NCBI RefSeq assembly: GCF_009914755.1 | Contig: NC_060932.1 | Direction: 5' to 3' (one strand) | DNA length: 64,000 nt | Origin: the human T2T-CHM13v2.0 reference genome, Homo sapiens | Shown: positions 20,551-35,712 of the stretch, in pieces | Layout of the letters: every line of letters begins with the position of its first letter | How positions within the stretch are numbered: the stretch's first letter is position 1 | The notes under the pieces: model-generated | What the model saw: only the letters and a program-made list of their open reading frames with translations | Databases searched by the model: none | What the model was told of the DNA's origin: nothing | Position numbers and translations under genes: made by a program

Positions 20551-20848
20551 TTTTTTGTTTTTTTGTTTTTTTTTGTTTTGTTTTGTTGGCTGGGCTGGAG
20601 TGGAGTGGCATGATCTTGGCTCACTGAAACCTCTGCTTCCTAGGTTCAAGCAATTCTCCTGCCTTAGCCTCCTAAGTAGCTGGGATTACAGGCACCTGCA
20701 AACATGCCCAGCTAATTTTCATATTTTTAGTAGAGACGGGGTTTTACCATGTTGGCCAGGTTGGTCTCGAACTCCTGACCTCAAGTGATCTGCCCACCTA
20801 AGCCGCCCAAAGTGCTGGGATTACAGGCATGAACCACCATGCCTGGCT
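20551..20848 (-). mobile_element. AluS (Sx/Sz-like) with partly deleted 3' end
   Basis: Antisense dimer; imperfect TSD GGAATCAAGGTTTTT / GAAATCAAGATTTTT. Confidence 0.88.
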
Positions 20849-22651
20849 AGAAATCAAGATTTTTAACAAGAGCGAATCACTAAGTGTTGTAAGAATGAAA
20901 TGAGAAAATGTGTAAAATATTTTGTGTTAACATCACATAATTTTTTGGTAAGCGTTAGTTTCCTTGCCTTTGCCGTGAGCATTTCCCCAAGCTATATTTT
21001 GAATGATGAGTCAGTGTCCATTTCATTGATCACATTCTACCTGTGTAGGTCTTTTGCTGGCAACAAGAGATATTCCAAGTTTTGATGAGGTAGCCACCAA
21101 CGTGGGTCACACAAATTCTACCTTGCATAGTTTTCTCTCTTTAAATAATTAGGCCAGCATCATTTACTAACTAAATAGAACTCTGTTCAAGAGGCATTGA
21201 AGAAAGATAGAGCAATTATTTTATTTTGAAAATAACAGCAACAAATGAACAGAATACTGTTATTTATTAGACTTGACATGCTGAGTAAAATCAAGTTGCT
21301 GTTAGGGGAATGAAGAGATGTTACAAAGTACAAGACAGTTTATGTTCTGGTATTTCAGAAGGCAGGTCAAAGGTTGATGTTGTAAGAATAATTTATATTT
21401 GCCATTCTTTGCAATAATTTCACATGGAACTGGGATTGAATTTGATGTTGTGTAAAAAACAATATTGAGAGTGAAGAAGGTGGTAAACGTATTTTCAATG
21501 CTATAAAGATGATACTGTACAAAAAGCAAGATTTATTTTGTAACAAAACATTCATGAAGGGAAAAACCCCCACAAAACTTTCGGTAAAATTTACAACTGA
21601 ATAAAACAATAACAACAAAAATGATTTAGTATCTTCTTTCTTTGTGATTTTCTTGAACCTAAAATATTTTATATGCTTTTGTTCCATTTATAGAAGCTTT
21701 GTTAAAATCCTACTATGTCCAGCTCCTTTGCTGAGTTATTTGTGGGGGGATTTTAGTCATACAGTGGCCTGAACAAATTTGCTTGATTTTGAGTATATCC
21801 AATACATTGCTCAAGGAACCTTACACTAAAACAACTGTGGTTTACTTTTGGAGTCTGAAGGAAACTTTGAAGAGGCCAGAGACCCAGGAATTTGCAGATG
21901 TGAGATGACCCTGTCTGGAGCAATCTTAGCATCACTTCTGTGTATGTATATAGTCTAGGTGGAAAAGGCGGGTAGGCAGGGAGTAGGAAGCATAATTGAC
22001 TTAAGGAAATTCCATTATTGAATATAAAGGGACTCTACTCTGATTTCTGGGTCCAGCCCTGTGGGGCACCACCATTTCCATTGACAACAGAGACACTTTC
22101 CACTCCTGGGTATGGAGCATCCCACATTCCTTTTCTGGAAGTTCATAGGAAGCCAATTCATGGCATACCACAGGAATCAAAAGAAAGATCTCTCCCTTGA
22201 ACTTTGACTATCTTTCTTACCAAAAGACAGGACAGCCTGACTCTCTTGTCCACTGACATAAATAGGCAAATATTTAAATGTACAAGGATACAATTAATAC
22301 CTAATTCATGAGAATTTTTTAGCAGATGCAATTCATATTCACTTTCAAGTTTCTTCAATCTTAAGTTCTGTCATCCTGCAGAAAATCACATTACCAAAAA
22401 CATGCCAGGAGTCTAAGTCCAGCACCTCAATGGAGAGTATAAAACATGGAGGAATCATAGTGGGGAAAATTGGTAAAACTGCACCAATTTTCTAGTTAGA
22501 TCAAGAGTTCTCAAATTATGTTCTGCAGCATTTAGCAAATGTTCATATGATATTAGTTAGAATTGTTCTCAAACTTAATGAATAGAATACCCTACTATAA
22601 TTCCTTAAATAACTGAGCCATTGAGTGGTCTCATTCAACAGGAAGTCCAGG

Positions 22652-23376
22652 TGTTATCAGGAAGGGGGAGATCCTCGGTTCTTGGTCTTACTTGGGAGAC
22701 AGATTTCTACTAAGTGACAATTCAAAGATATCAGTGAGCCCTATTGAAGGGAAATTGAGAACAGAGAGTTTACATAGAGAGACAGGATACTCTGAAAGGT
22801 GAGGCAGAGTGGGCTACTGAAAGCCAGTGTGCCGGCAACAGCCCTGAGAGTCTGCATGGGCTTTTTATAATGTTGGATTGTTCTGGAAGTTCCCACCTTT
22901 GTCTTAAGTCACCACCTTTTTCTTTCTCTAGTTTTCCCACTTCTGTCTTAAGTACCCACCTTTCCCCATCTAGTTTCTGCCCAGGCTTGTGGAATTCTCT
23001 CTTACTCTCTGTTGATACGCATGTGCAAACCAGGAATTGGATATGAATTCTACCTAATGGCTGTGTTTTTCACTCCAGGAAGGTTGTGTAGTGGTTAAAC
23101 CTGTACTTACTGCTCCTGCGTATCTCTTAGGGATTTCTCCTCTGCCCTCTTCCCTTATCATCATGCATCTAGTGACATTCTGGCAGGTTAACTGCAGAGT
23201 GAGGGATTACTGCAAGTCATAAGGGACATTGCTTTCCATCTAGGTGTTTTCCCTCCTCTCTCCTCATATCTAGCATGGATGCTTTGAGTGGTCTCTGGGG
23301 TGTGAGATTTTCCAGCCCTCCCTTTTCTCAGGGGCTTCCCCTTCTGCTCATGTCTGGCTATCAGCCTACTCTAACA
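22652..23376 (-). mobile_element. MER50-like ERV1 solo LTR (725 bp)
   Basis: TGTTA...TAACA termini; minus strand starts TGTTAGAGTAGGCTGATAGCCAGACATGAGCAG; 4-bp TSD CAGG at 22648-22651 and 23377-23380. Confidence 0.85.
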
Positions 23377-23619
23377 CAGGTGCAGGCAGGACTCTCATCA
23401 GTGACCATCATCAGCCTTCCTGGAAGGCTCAGGCATCCTTGGTGAGCAACACTTGTGATTTCATTTGCAACTGTAGTAGTTAGTCTTTCTGAGCTCAGAC
23501 AAGCCATTTGTCTTTCAGCTTTTGGTCTCTATAACCCTGAACCCTCTTAGCACTCCTGCAGATGCACAAAGCCTGGAAGAGCAAGGGGCTAAAGCTTTAG
23601 GAACCAACACCAACTGCTC

Positions 23620-24040
23620 GAGATGAAGCTTTTTGTCCTTTAAATCCAGGTAAACATATTTAGTATATTTTTTGGTAAATATATTTAGTACACATTGTAA
23701 CATTTTCTGGTCACACTGTCTTGCAGTTACTACTCATTAATACTACTGTAGTGCAAAAACAGCCATAGACAATACAAAAGTGAATGAATGTGGTCATGTT
23801 CCAATTAAAATTTTATGTACAAAAATTGGCCCCTGGCTAAATTGGGCCAATGGGGAGGGTTGCCATATTTAGCATATAAAAATATAGGATGCTTACATTG
23901 GAATTTCAAATAACAATTAACTTCTTTAATCTAGGTATGTCCTAAACAATTATTTGTTATTTCTATGAAATTCAAACTTAACCAGGTATCATTTATTTAA
24001 CTTTCAACTCTACCTGCAAGTTGTAATGTGATGACTTCTG
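23620..24040. mobile_element. MER58A-like hAT element with a MER53-like element nested at ~23855-24012
   Basis: GCAAAAACAGCCATAGACAATAC..GTTCCAATTAAAATTTTAT (MER58-like); AGGGTTGCCATATTTAGCA.. (MER53-like). Confidence 0.6.
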
Positions 24041-24213
24041 GTTTAGACAGATTTTCTGAGGAGGAATTCATTATGATTATCCAGATCCCAGGAAGATTTA
24101 CAACTCTATTCATTGCAACATCAATGCCTGAGTGTTAGTGTATTTTTGTTGTCATCGCCTTACTCTCCTAGCTCCCTCACACTTGCTTCCTGAGGTCACC
24201 TACTGTACTTTCC

Positions 24214-24636
24214 TGCTATGGACTAAATTGTCTCTCCCCAAAACTCATATGTTGAAGCTCTACCCCCCCAATATAATGGTATTTGGAGATGGAGGACTCT
24301 AAGGAGGTAGTTTACGTTGAAGGACGTCATAAGGTGGGGGTCTTAATTGAATATGAATAGTGTCCTTATACGAAGAGGCACCAGAAAGTATATCCTCTCT
24401 CTGTCTCTTTCTCTCTCTCTCTCTCTTTCCCTCTTCTTCTCATTCTTCTTGCACCTACAGAAGAAAACCATGTGAGGTCACAGTGAGAAGGGAGGAAGAG
24501 AGCCCTCACCAGAAATCCAACTGCTAGAAACGAGGTTAGGCTTCCAGCCTCCAGAAATATGAGAAAATAAGTTTCTGTTGTTTAAGCCACCAAGTCTATG
24601 ATATTTTATTATGGCAGCGCAAGAAGAGCAATATAC
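24214..24636 (+). mobile_element. MLT1A-like MaLR LTR
   Basis: TGCTATGGACTAAATTG start; CTTCCAGCCTCCAGAA..AATAAGTTTCTGTTGTTTAAGCCACC end. Confidence 0.8.
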
Positions 24637-25393
24637 CCCTCCATTAAAACTCTTATTAAAGAGAGAAAATGATTACTACAAGTGGAACTGCATCAGTATT
24701 TACCAAGGCCCAGTGGAGGGCATATATCTCAGCTCCAAGCAAAATCCTAGGAAACTGAAATTATGAGTGACAAATGGGACATGGAGAATAACTCTGTGGC
24801 CAAATAACAGGAGTTGAAATGGAAAGTAAGGAAAAGAAAGTATCAGAAGAAAAAAGGGACTATGGAAAAAAGAAAGTTTCCACTTTCAGAGTTAAAAAAC
24901 TCACAAAGGAAGATATAACAAAAATAATACTTTAGGCCAAAAAAATAGCCACAATATAAGTAACTTTATGGCATAAATCTGAAAAGGTGAATGAATTATT
25001 TTAAGAAAATTATATTTTATCAAACTTGAAAATTTAGTAGTACTGGAAAAATGGTCTGATAGAAAAGACAAGTGTTAATCTTCAGAAAACACATGATTTT
25101 TTTCATCATCCAAAGAATTTGAGATGACAGAAAAGATAGTTGGCATATATTTTATTTCAGAATATTATTAAGATATGACTAAAACTAAATTTGCATTAAG
25201 AACATAGATGTAATCACCCTAATTATAATTTTAGTTAATTAAATCTAAAGTCATACCAAAAGAATAATGTAGGAAACCAGGTAGGTATGATTTCAGGCAT
25301 ACATGGATGACTTTACACTAAACATATTAAAATAGAGAAAAAAGAATAAAGATAACCTTCTGATTTGAAGGTTCATATGGTAGCATAAACTGA

Positions 25394-25807
<414 letters not shown>

Positions 25808-25838
25808 CAAATATTTAATTCTAAATATGCATGGATGT

Positions 25839-26943
<1,105 letters not shown>

Positions 26944-27334
26944 TAAATATGCATGGATGTCTCAACTTCACATAAATTATCATAGAAAAAATCTAATCAC
27001 AAAACGACGTTTGACAAGATTATGTGATCTTTACTGCTTTTAAAGACTAATAATCTAGGAATAGATTGAGAATATTCGACATAATAACTAACAATTCACC
27101 CACAAATAATGTGAATAATACTATATCACATAAGAGACACTCATTTACTTTGATTTATATTATTGCATGCCTAGAAAATCAAAGGTGCAACTAAAAAGCA
27201 GTTGGAATTATTTTAGACAATTTGATATGGTAATTATCTAAAAAATAAATACTTAAAACCAGTAGATTTTCTTTATATTAGTAATAAGCAGTAAAAGAAT
27301 GTATCTCATTGCTAATAGTGACAAACATGCAATA

Positions 27335-28030
<696 letters not shown>

Positions 28031-28279
28031 ATTCAAGAATAGATTTGCCATGAAAAATGAAAACATGAAAAAATAAATACTTTAGAAAGTGAATTTAATT
28101 GGAAATATATTGGGTTTATAATGAAAGTCCATGTCTGAGGTCATGGATTTAAAGTGCAACCAGTCAGCTTACTTTCTGATATTGTCTTGCAAAATTCAGG
28201 TGTTAAGACTGGAGAGAATGGTGATTAAATTCTACTAAGGATGTGGTTTTACAGTGTGAGTGAGAGGGTTAAGATGCTT

Positions 28280-28583
28280 GGCCGGGTGCCATGGCTCATG
28301 CCTGTAATCCCAGCACTTTGGGAGGCCGAGGTGGGTGGATCACCTGAGGTCAGGAGTTCAAGATCAGCCTGGCTAACATGGTGAAACCCCGTCTCTACAA
28401 AAATACAAAAATTAGCCGAGCATCATGTCTGGTGCCTGTAATCTCAGCTACTGGGGTGGCTAGGTGGGAGAATTGCTGGAGGAACCCTGGAGGCAGAGTT
28501 TGCAATGAGCCAAGATCTTGCCATTGCACTCCAGCCTGGGTGACAGAGCGAGACTCTGTCTCAAAAAAAAAAAAAAAAAAAAA
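28280..28583 (+). mobile_element. AluSx-like
   Basis: GGATCACCTGAGGTCAGGAGTTC, poly-A tail, imperfect TSD AGATG(C/G)TTG. Confidence 0.88.
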
Positions 28584-31500
28584 CGAGATGGTTGAAGGCC
28601 TTTGTAGGAAAGTTGCTATGATACTCTGCAGTTAAGGAGACAAGTGATGACAAATGAGTGCTGAGAGGTGGAAGGAAATTGTCGTGCTCTGTGTGTGTGT
28701 CTAGAACTTTATTGTTTACATTGCATTTTATTGTTTACATTACATTAAGTCAATGACCCATTTAGAGATCATTTTTTTGCAAGGTATGACGTTTAGCTTA
28801 AGACTTATTTTATTTTGCTTATAAATGTCCAACTACTCCTTCATCATTCATTGAAAAGTACCACCCACCGCCCCCCAACCCCCAGTGGAGAGAATTTTGT
28901 TTTAAAGTAAATAAAATGTCAGTCATACACTACAGCAGTCCCAAGGTCATGTCAGGTTTGCCACTGTGCAGCTGAAGCAGCCCTCCCCAGCATCATACAC
29001 ACAGTCACAGCACCATGAGCGTAACTTGAGTGTTTGTTATGCTCAAGGCACTTTTTGAAGATCTTTCATATGTCTTTCTTTTTATTTAATTCTTTATAAA
29101 ATGTGCACCATTTTTATTTCCAGGTTACATAAAAGAAAATACGCTATAGGCAGACATCAGTGACTTCCAACAGTTAAATTGTTATTAAGTGGTCAAATTT
29201 AGGGTGTCGGATTCCAGACCCCATGCCCTGAAACATAACTAACACCATCTAACATTAAACACTTTCCAAATGCCTTTTTTTCTACTTAATGTAATACTTA
29301 CAATGATTCTGTGAAGTAGGATTTTACTCCAAAATCAATTTCAGCATAAAATTTGTCTTTCTTGATTTTTCTCAGCACTGGCTTTTCCCCAACTCCACTC
29401 TTAGGTCTTTTATTTCTATGATTTTTACCCACCCTTTGATTTACGTTGCTTATAATTTTTAGGAATCCTTGACTCTGTGTTGGAATGGACTTTAAAACCA
29501 CATAAGATAAAATTCTCACCCACTTCTCCATCCTCAGTCATTGCGTACCTAATTCGTATTCGTTCATTTATAAGAATTTTGAATATACACCTTCTTCATA
29601 TGCACAAAGCATGCCCATTGGATGCAGGCCTACGTGAAGTTTTATAATTTTAAAACCTGGCCTATTTCTTTCTCTTGTTAGTCAGGTTAGGTTGTTGGTG
29701 TGCCAGAAATGTCTATTTTAGACTCATTTTCCATGAGCATTTTGCTTGAGGAGTGCAGGGGCTGCTGCTCCTATTTGCCTGTTGATGCAGAAGCCATATT
29801 CCAATAGCTTCTGAGCTCTATGCTATTCACTCTGCAAATTTACTTATGACTCTACCTGACCATGGCATCAGCAGAATGACCTTCAGAACTGCAAAGGAGT
29901 CAAAAAACATCCTGGCATTTTAAGTTAAGTGGAAAACTTTATATTTAACTTACAGAATACCAAAGCTTCTGAGTACTTAGATTTTTTAATGCTAGGACTC
30001 ATTTTCTCAGTGGAGAATGAGGCATGAAACAACATGACGAAGATTATATTTGATAATTTTAACATCACGGTTTACATTTTAAGACAATTTTAATAATACT
30101 GGAACTAACATATTCCGTTCTTTCTGCTTGAAAAAGTTCTAATCACTCAGCTGAATGTGAATCATCATTTGTCTTTGTTTTACATATGCCTGAAAATATT
30201 CAAATGCCTTTTAGACATCTTTTCCAGAGTGTGTGCACACAATTTGGACTTGTCATGCTGTAAAAAAGCACTTAAGAACAGATGTAATTTACTATAATTT
30301 TAGAGTCCAGCATATCAAAAAATAAACAGGCTATGCTTGTTTATCCGGTATGATCAAAATGCGTGTGATTCTTCACATTCTGGAAAAATAAACAAGAAAG
30401 AATTGTCCTTATCTAAGATTGATTCCTGACATCAGTATACAATATGTTTTTCTTTTTCTTATAAAGAACATAAAATGTTTAGGGTCTAATTCACACACAG
30501 GGAAATGCCAATATTTCAGATAAAGCTGATCAATAATCATGGAGGAGGAAGGTAGGGCATGGCACCAGTCCTCATGCCTCTCAGCAAAATTGTTTTCGCT
30601 CCATTGCTGTCTGAGTCTTACAATTTAGTTATTTTTAAGTGATTTTTTAATCACAGAATTAGCTCTCACTATATTTCAGTGAGTAGCGAAGTCTCTCTCC
30701 TGGTCACTGAGTTTACTTATTCTCTCTGTTACCACTAGACTGTAGATAAGCATGTACTAGCAACTGAAAAGTCCCAGGAACTAGGAGGAAGCCAACATTT
30801 CCTCTATTCATTTATATTTTCTTCTTTAATATTAATATTAGGTCTGAAGTTAGGTTATGTTTGGTTTTGCTTCACAATCTAATTAGTGTGGTGAGATTTG
30901 TGACTAGCAGAGCTGAAGTGTGCTGAGTTCCCTGTAACCTGGTAAAAGCTATGTGAAGTTGGCCCTGGGGAAGGGAAAGATGCTGACCACTGCAGAAGAC
31001 TGAGCACCCTCCTGTTCTTAGGTTGCATTTTACAGAAAGCACCTACTTGCTTCTCTATTTTCCAAATGTATGATTTATGAACAATCTATTTGATAATAAA
31101 AAATAAGGCTGCATACCAGCCACTTGGGAATATGATTTGTTTATTAACCTTAAATTTCCTAGTTGTTAAGGCATTGGAAGTGTTTGACCCACTAAGAGTC
31201 CATTCTCAACAGGCTTCAACCCAAAGAGTAGAAACCATGCTTCATGACTGGAGAAGACACTACAACTCCAAGAAGCAACAGTTCATTTTTCCCCTTCAGG
31301 TTTTAAAAAAAATTTACATGTACCATGATTTTCAATATTTTATTTCAAATAAATATGTTGGAAATGATAAGAAAATGAACTAAGATTTATTAACTGCTAA
31401 GTGTTGTTCTCAGTGCTTTACACATTTTACATATGTAGATTACTCACACAATCTTTGAGTGTCCCTATGAGGTAGATAATATCATCAGCTCTACTTTACA

Positions 31501-32318
31501 TATAAGGAAATAGAAGCAAAGAGGATGGTGTTTCCTAAGTGCTTAGTATTAAGATGTGCTGGGTGGCAATCATATGCTGTGCTAAAGAAAATGCTGATCG
31601 TATGGCATGCTATGTGCCCATCATACAGTGTGCTCAGTGCTCCTCAGAGGGCATGCTAAGTGCCTGCATATGGAATGCTATGTGTAGAGTCTGTGCAAGG
31701 TCAGAGGCATATTACTGTTGGTGGAATTCTGGAATATTTCATAGAGAAAGCAACATAAGAAGAGCTGTCTCTGGTTGTGTAGGTGAACTTTTCCTGCCAT
31801 GCTTTGAACTTTATGCATGAGTACACAATGGCTGGTTCTGCGGCACCCTTCTTGGGTCATCACACCTGAGGACAAGTGGCCGCACACTGAGAAAGGTGAA
31901 GTGAAAAAGAGTCATAGAGGCCAGGGAAATTCAGGGACTCCATTTATCTGCATGACTCAGTAATGAAAACAGTGATGTTAAGTTTTGAAAGGGCCACGTG
32001 ACTAAATTTCTAAGAATCTCAAACCAGGCCTTTGGACTCAGACTGGCTATTTTTAATTGGTTGTGCCAGGCTGTGTAGGTTGTGCCAGGCTGTATAGTTT
32101 TATGAGACTATTCACATCCATAACTGATACAGGAGAAGAAATAGGTTTGAATGCAAGGAAAAGAAGCTTTTTCAGAATGTTTTATTGTAATGTACATAAA
32201 ATTGATTAAAATAACTTAGTAAATAATGGAACAATTGTAAGAAATTAGTGTGCATTTTTTTCAAAAGTTTAGTATTGATGAAAAAAAGATATGCATAAAC
32301 TTGAGAAGATAGAGATTT

Positions 32319-32462
32319 ACAATCACCAACATTGGGACATGTGTTTTATATATAAAGCATATATACATTTACATATGTGTTTTAAATATAAATTCACATA
32401 TGTTTATATGTTTCATATATTATATATTATATATAACACAGATCCCAATGTTGGTGATTTGT
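32319..32462. repeat. Inverted repeat with ~35-bp arms and an AT-rich spacer
   Basis: AATCACCAACATTGGGA (32321-32337) has an exact reverse complement TCCCAATGTTGGTGATT (32443-32459); pairing extends inward via TGTGTT/AACACA. Confidence 0.9.
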
Positions 32463-32544
32463 CAAGATCATATTGTAGAGGAAGGTGTGTGAGTCAGCAT
32501 TACCAGTGGAGAAACTTCTGGAACAGGTGACAATAGTATCCAGG

Positions 32545-32752
32545 TTAGACAGAAAGGCAGACAAAACAAAAGAAAGCCCATGAGCTATATGGGCCAGTAA
32601 AGGTCCAAGTCTGTATTGAAGGTGAGTACCAGGCTCCACAAAGTGGTAGTGAAGGTGAGTACCAGGTTCCACAAAGTGGAGAGGTACGAGCTTTTTCCTC
32701 AGGAGCATACAATCTTGGAGGCAGCATGCTTTTACATACATCACAGTTATAT
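32545..32752 (-). CDS. Candidate terminal coding exon of a putative TE-derived spliced gene (unvalidated)
   Basis: Acceptor ttttaacttccatgaccccag|A, phase 2, open for 68 aa (YNCDVCK..FVCLSV); minus-strand AATAAA at 32186-32181. Confidence 0.35.
32613..32678. repeat. 2 x 33-bp tandem duplication
   Basis: GTATTGAAGGTGAGTACCAGGCTCCACAAAGTG / GTAGTGAAGGTGAGTACCAGGTTCCACAAAGTG (31/33 identical). Confidence 0.95.
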
Positions 32753-35574
32753 CTGGGGTCATGGAAGTTAAAATGGTTAAGAACCTCCGCAGTCAGGGAT
32801 AAAAATATAAAGTCTCCTGGTAAATAAGGACAATGGAACGGTGAAGACAGAAAAATGTTAGGTATAATATCAGAAATTGTGATGTGTCCTACTGATTCTT
32901 TAAAACAGAAAGTAAAGGATTCCTGAGAGAAGGGGGAGGAGAAATTTGCTGACGCAGAGCTAGGAGCTGAGGCTGAGGTCCACTCTTCAGACCGACACAT
33001 GAGGCCTATATGATAGAGGCACTTTGGAAGCCATTTACTGTGACTTTTAGTAGTAATTAAGTGGTACCAACATTGCATTAAAATACATCTTAGGAATACT
33101 AGAGGGAATATGAGGTCATAATGAAGGTATGGACTTACTTAGCAATAGTAAAAACAGTGCATCAGATTTAATCATCTTGAATGACTTAAGCATTGGGTTC
33201 AGTTACAACAGGTGCTCTTTTTCGGTCCTTTTCATCAAAATGGTTATTCTGGCCCACCGCCCAGTGGGTAGAGGGACTGGAACAGAAGTCTCAAGGGCTT
33301 TCTTGGAGCTGGAATCCTTTTAGAGCCAACTGCCTCAAGGCCTGGCAATTTTCCTGTAATAACTGCAGGGAAGCCTCCTGGTCTAGACCGGGTTTGCACA
33401 GATAGAAACATTCAAGACATTTAGTCAGTTTTCTGCCACTCTTGTTGCTAGAATAATTTTTAATAATGCTTCATTTCAGAATTTCCAAACAGGATATATT
33501 TCCAAAGTTATCTCAACCTACAAACTCTCTGACCAAAAGTAAACAATTAGGACATATTTCCTTCAGTAAAATAAATGTTATCTTCATTTATTTTCATTGG
33601 TTTACAATTCAGTCTGCTTTGCAAGTCCAATTGTTTTGTTTTTCTGACTGTGTCTGCCTCTGAGCAGCCACACACCACTGCATTAAACATGCCTTTTAAT
33701 ATCACTTCTGTATTCAATAGGTGGCTTTTAAATGTATGTATATCGTTATCATGCAAAACTGGTTATTAGATTGGGGAGAGAGTCTAAAAAATGTCTTTTA
33801 CTGCAAACAAATGGGAAGAATCAAACTTTAAATCACTGAAACTTAGTAGCACTGCATATTAAGTTTCTAATGTAGCACTCTAATTACTCTCCACTGAGGA
33901 ATCACAATTCACAAATATATTGGAAAAAGAAAGATTCTGTACAGAGAAACTACTTGCTTATCCCAAGATCGGTACTTATGTTTTAATTCTATCTCCCTCC
34001 ATTACTGATGGTGAACAGGAATGAAAATAGAGACATAGTCCAAGCATAAACTAAATAAAATGATGGTTGTGATTAAGAGATAAGCAGAGAAATATTTTGC
34101 TCTTTTTGAGTGTCTCACTTGTAACAATGGTTCTTGTCTTTAGCTAGACAGAGCGTATAGAAAGAGCCTGTAGAAATTTAAAAGCAATATTACTTTATAC
34201 GGTAAAAGCAATTTAAAAAGCATTCATGCCCATAGCAAAGATGCTAAAATTTGTAGGTTCTAAAAGCAGTAATAAGTACTTACATTCTTTCAAAAATTCC
34301 TACACACATGTCCAGATAAATAAACCATATATTGTTCCCAATACTTCATCCTAGGTTCAAATTCCAATACCGTGACTTAAAAGTGGGATGACTTTGAACA
34401 AGTTGAGCTTTTTGTTGGTTATTGTTTCTCCCACTTTAGAATAAAAAAAAATAATTGAACCAGCTTCATGGAGTGTTGAAAAGTAAGTTAACTTAAGTTC
34501 TTACCCCAATTCTCAGCTTGCAGTTAGTTTCATAAATGTTAGTTCTAATTATAATTACAAAAATGTTTGAATAGAAAATTATCTATATGCTCACCCCATT
34601 ATTTAAATAACACACAATTTGAACTTTATATCAATATATACTCATAATTTGGACATACAAATTGCATTTAAGTGTCATTTTAGTGATTTTGGGCTATACA
34701 TTCATGGCTATGTCAGTCAGAAATGAAATTTCAGATCATGAAATTACTTTGAAATCCAGCATGACTTAGAATTGACATGACCAGTAGCGAGAGTCAGAAC
34801 ATCAATTGATGAAGATAAAATTGATGACAGACAACTGTATTCTCTAAAATTGCATATATCTTAACTGATAGCATTAAACTGATTTATTTAGGCAACAAAT
34901 ATTTACTGAGTGCCTACTATGTGCCAAGCACTACACTAGATACTAAAGACATAAGAATGAATAAATTATATTAAAGGTCTTTTGTATTATTGTTTATACT
35001 TTAAAAGTTAGTTTAGCACACACGCTGCCCGATCATTCAGAGCATCGCATATGGCATAGAAGAGAAAAGAGTGGTTGAGGGTTTTGTTTCAAGGCTTCAT
35101 AGCATCCAGAAGGAAACCTTAGTGTCTACTGTCCAGGTGGAATGCAGAAGGAGAGGCCCTCAATAAATGGGAACTGAAACTTTTTGGTTTAAAGCCAGCA
35201 CCCTCAGAGGACCCCAAATATAATTCATAAAAAACATCAGTCTTCCTACAAAAGTTGAAAACTTGATTCTCACTGTCTTGGCCTGAGTTGTCAGCAAAGC
35301 ACAAGCTACTATGGGTAACAATTTTACCTACAGAGTTGCCCTCACAGGATCTGTGGGTTTGGATTCATACCGTCTTGGTGGAGAAATGGCTCAGACTTGA
35401 AACTTCTCCCAATTGTGTTATGGAGAAACCATCCTCATATCACACATTATAGGTTCCTCAAGATTAAGAACAACCAAACATGACTTCAATCTCATAGTCA
35501 ACAATTGCAAATACAGCAGGAAAAAGCCTTCTGTTTTCAAAGCTCATAATAAAACTAAATACAGAGTAATTTCA

Positions 35575-35712
35575 TTTTATTATTTTGTTGTTGTTGTTGT
35601 TGAGGATCTTGCTGTGCTTCCCAGACTAGTCTCCAACCCCTGATCTCAAGCAATCCTCTTGCCTCCACCTCCCAAAGTACTGGATCCACAGGCGTGAGCC
35701 ACTGCACCTTGA
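35575..35712 (-). mobile_element. FLAM-like free left Alu monomer
   Basis: Antisense left arm only, with (GTT)n tail; imperfect TSD CA(G/A)AGTAATTT. Confidence 0.75.

Noticed and set aside
32753-33078. 5' part of the 177-aa ORF as a single-exon gene
   Set aside because: Low-complexity pyrimidine-rich translation; this part reads better as intron upstream of the 32752 acceptor.
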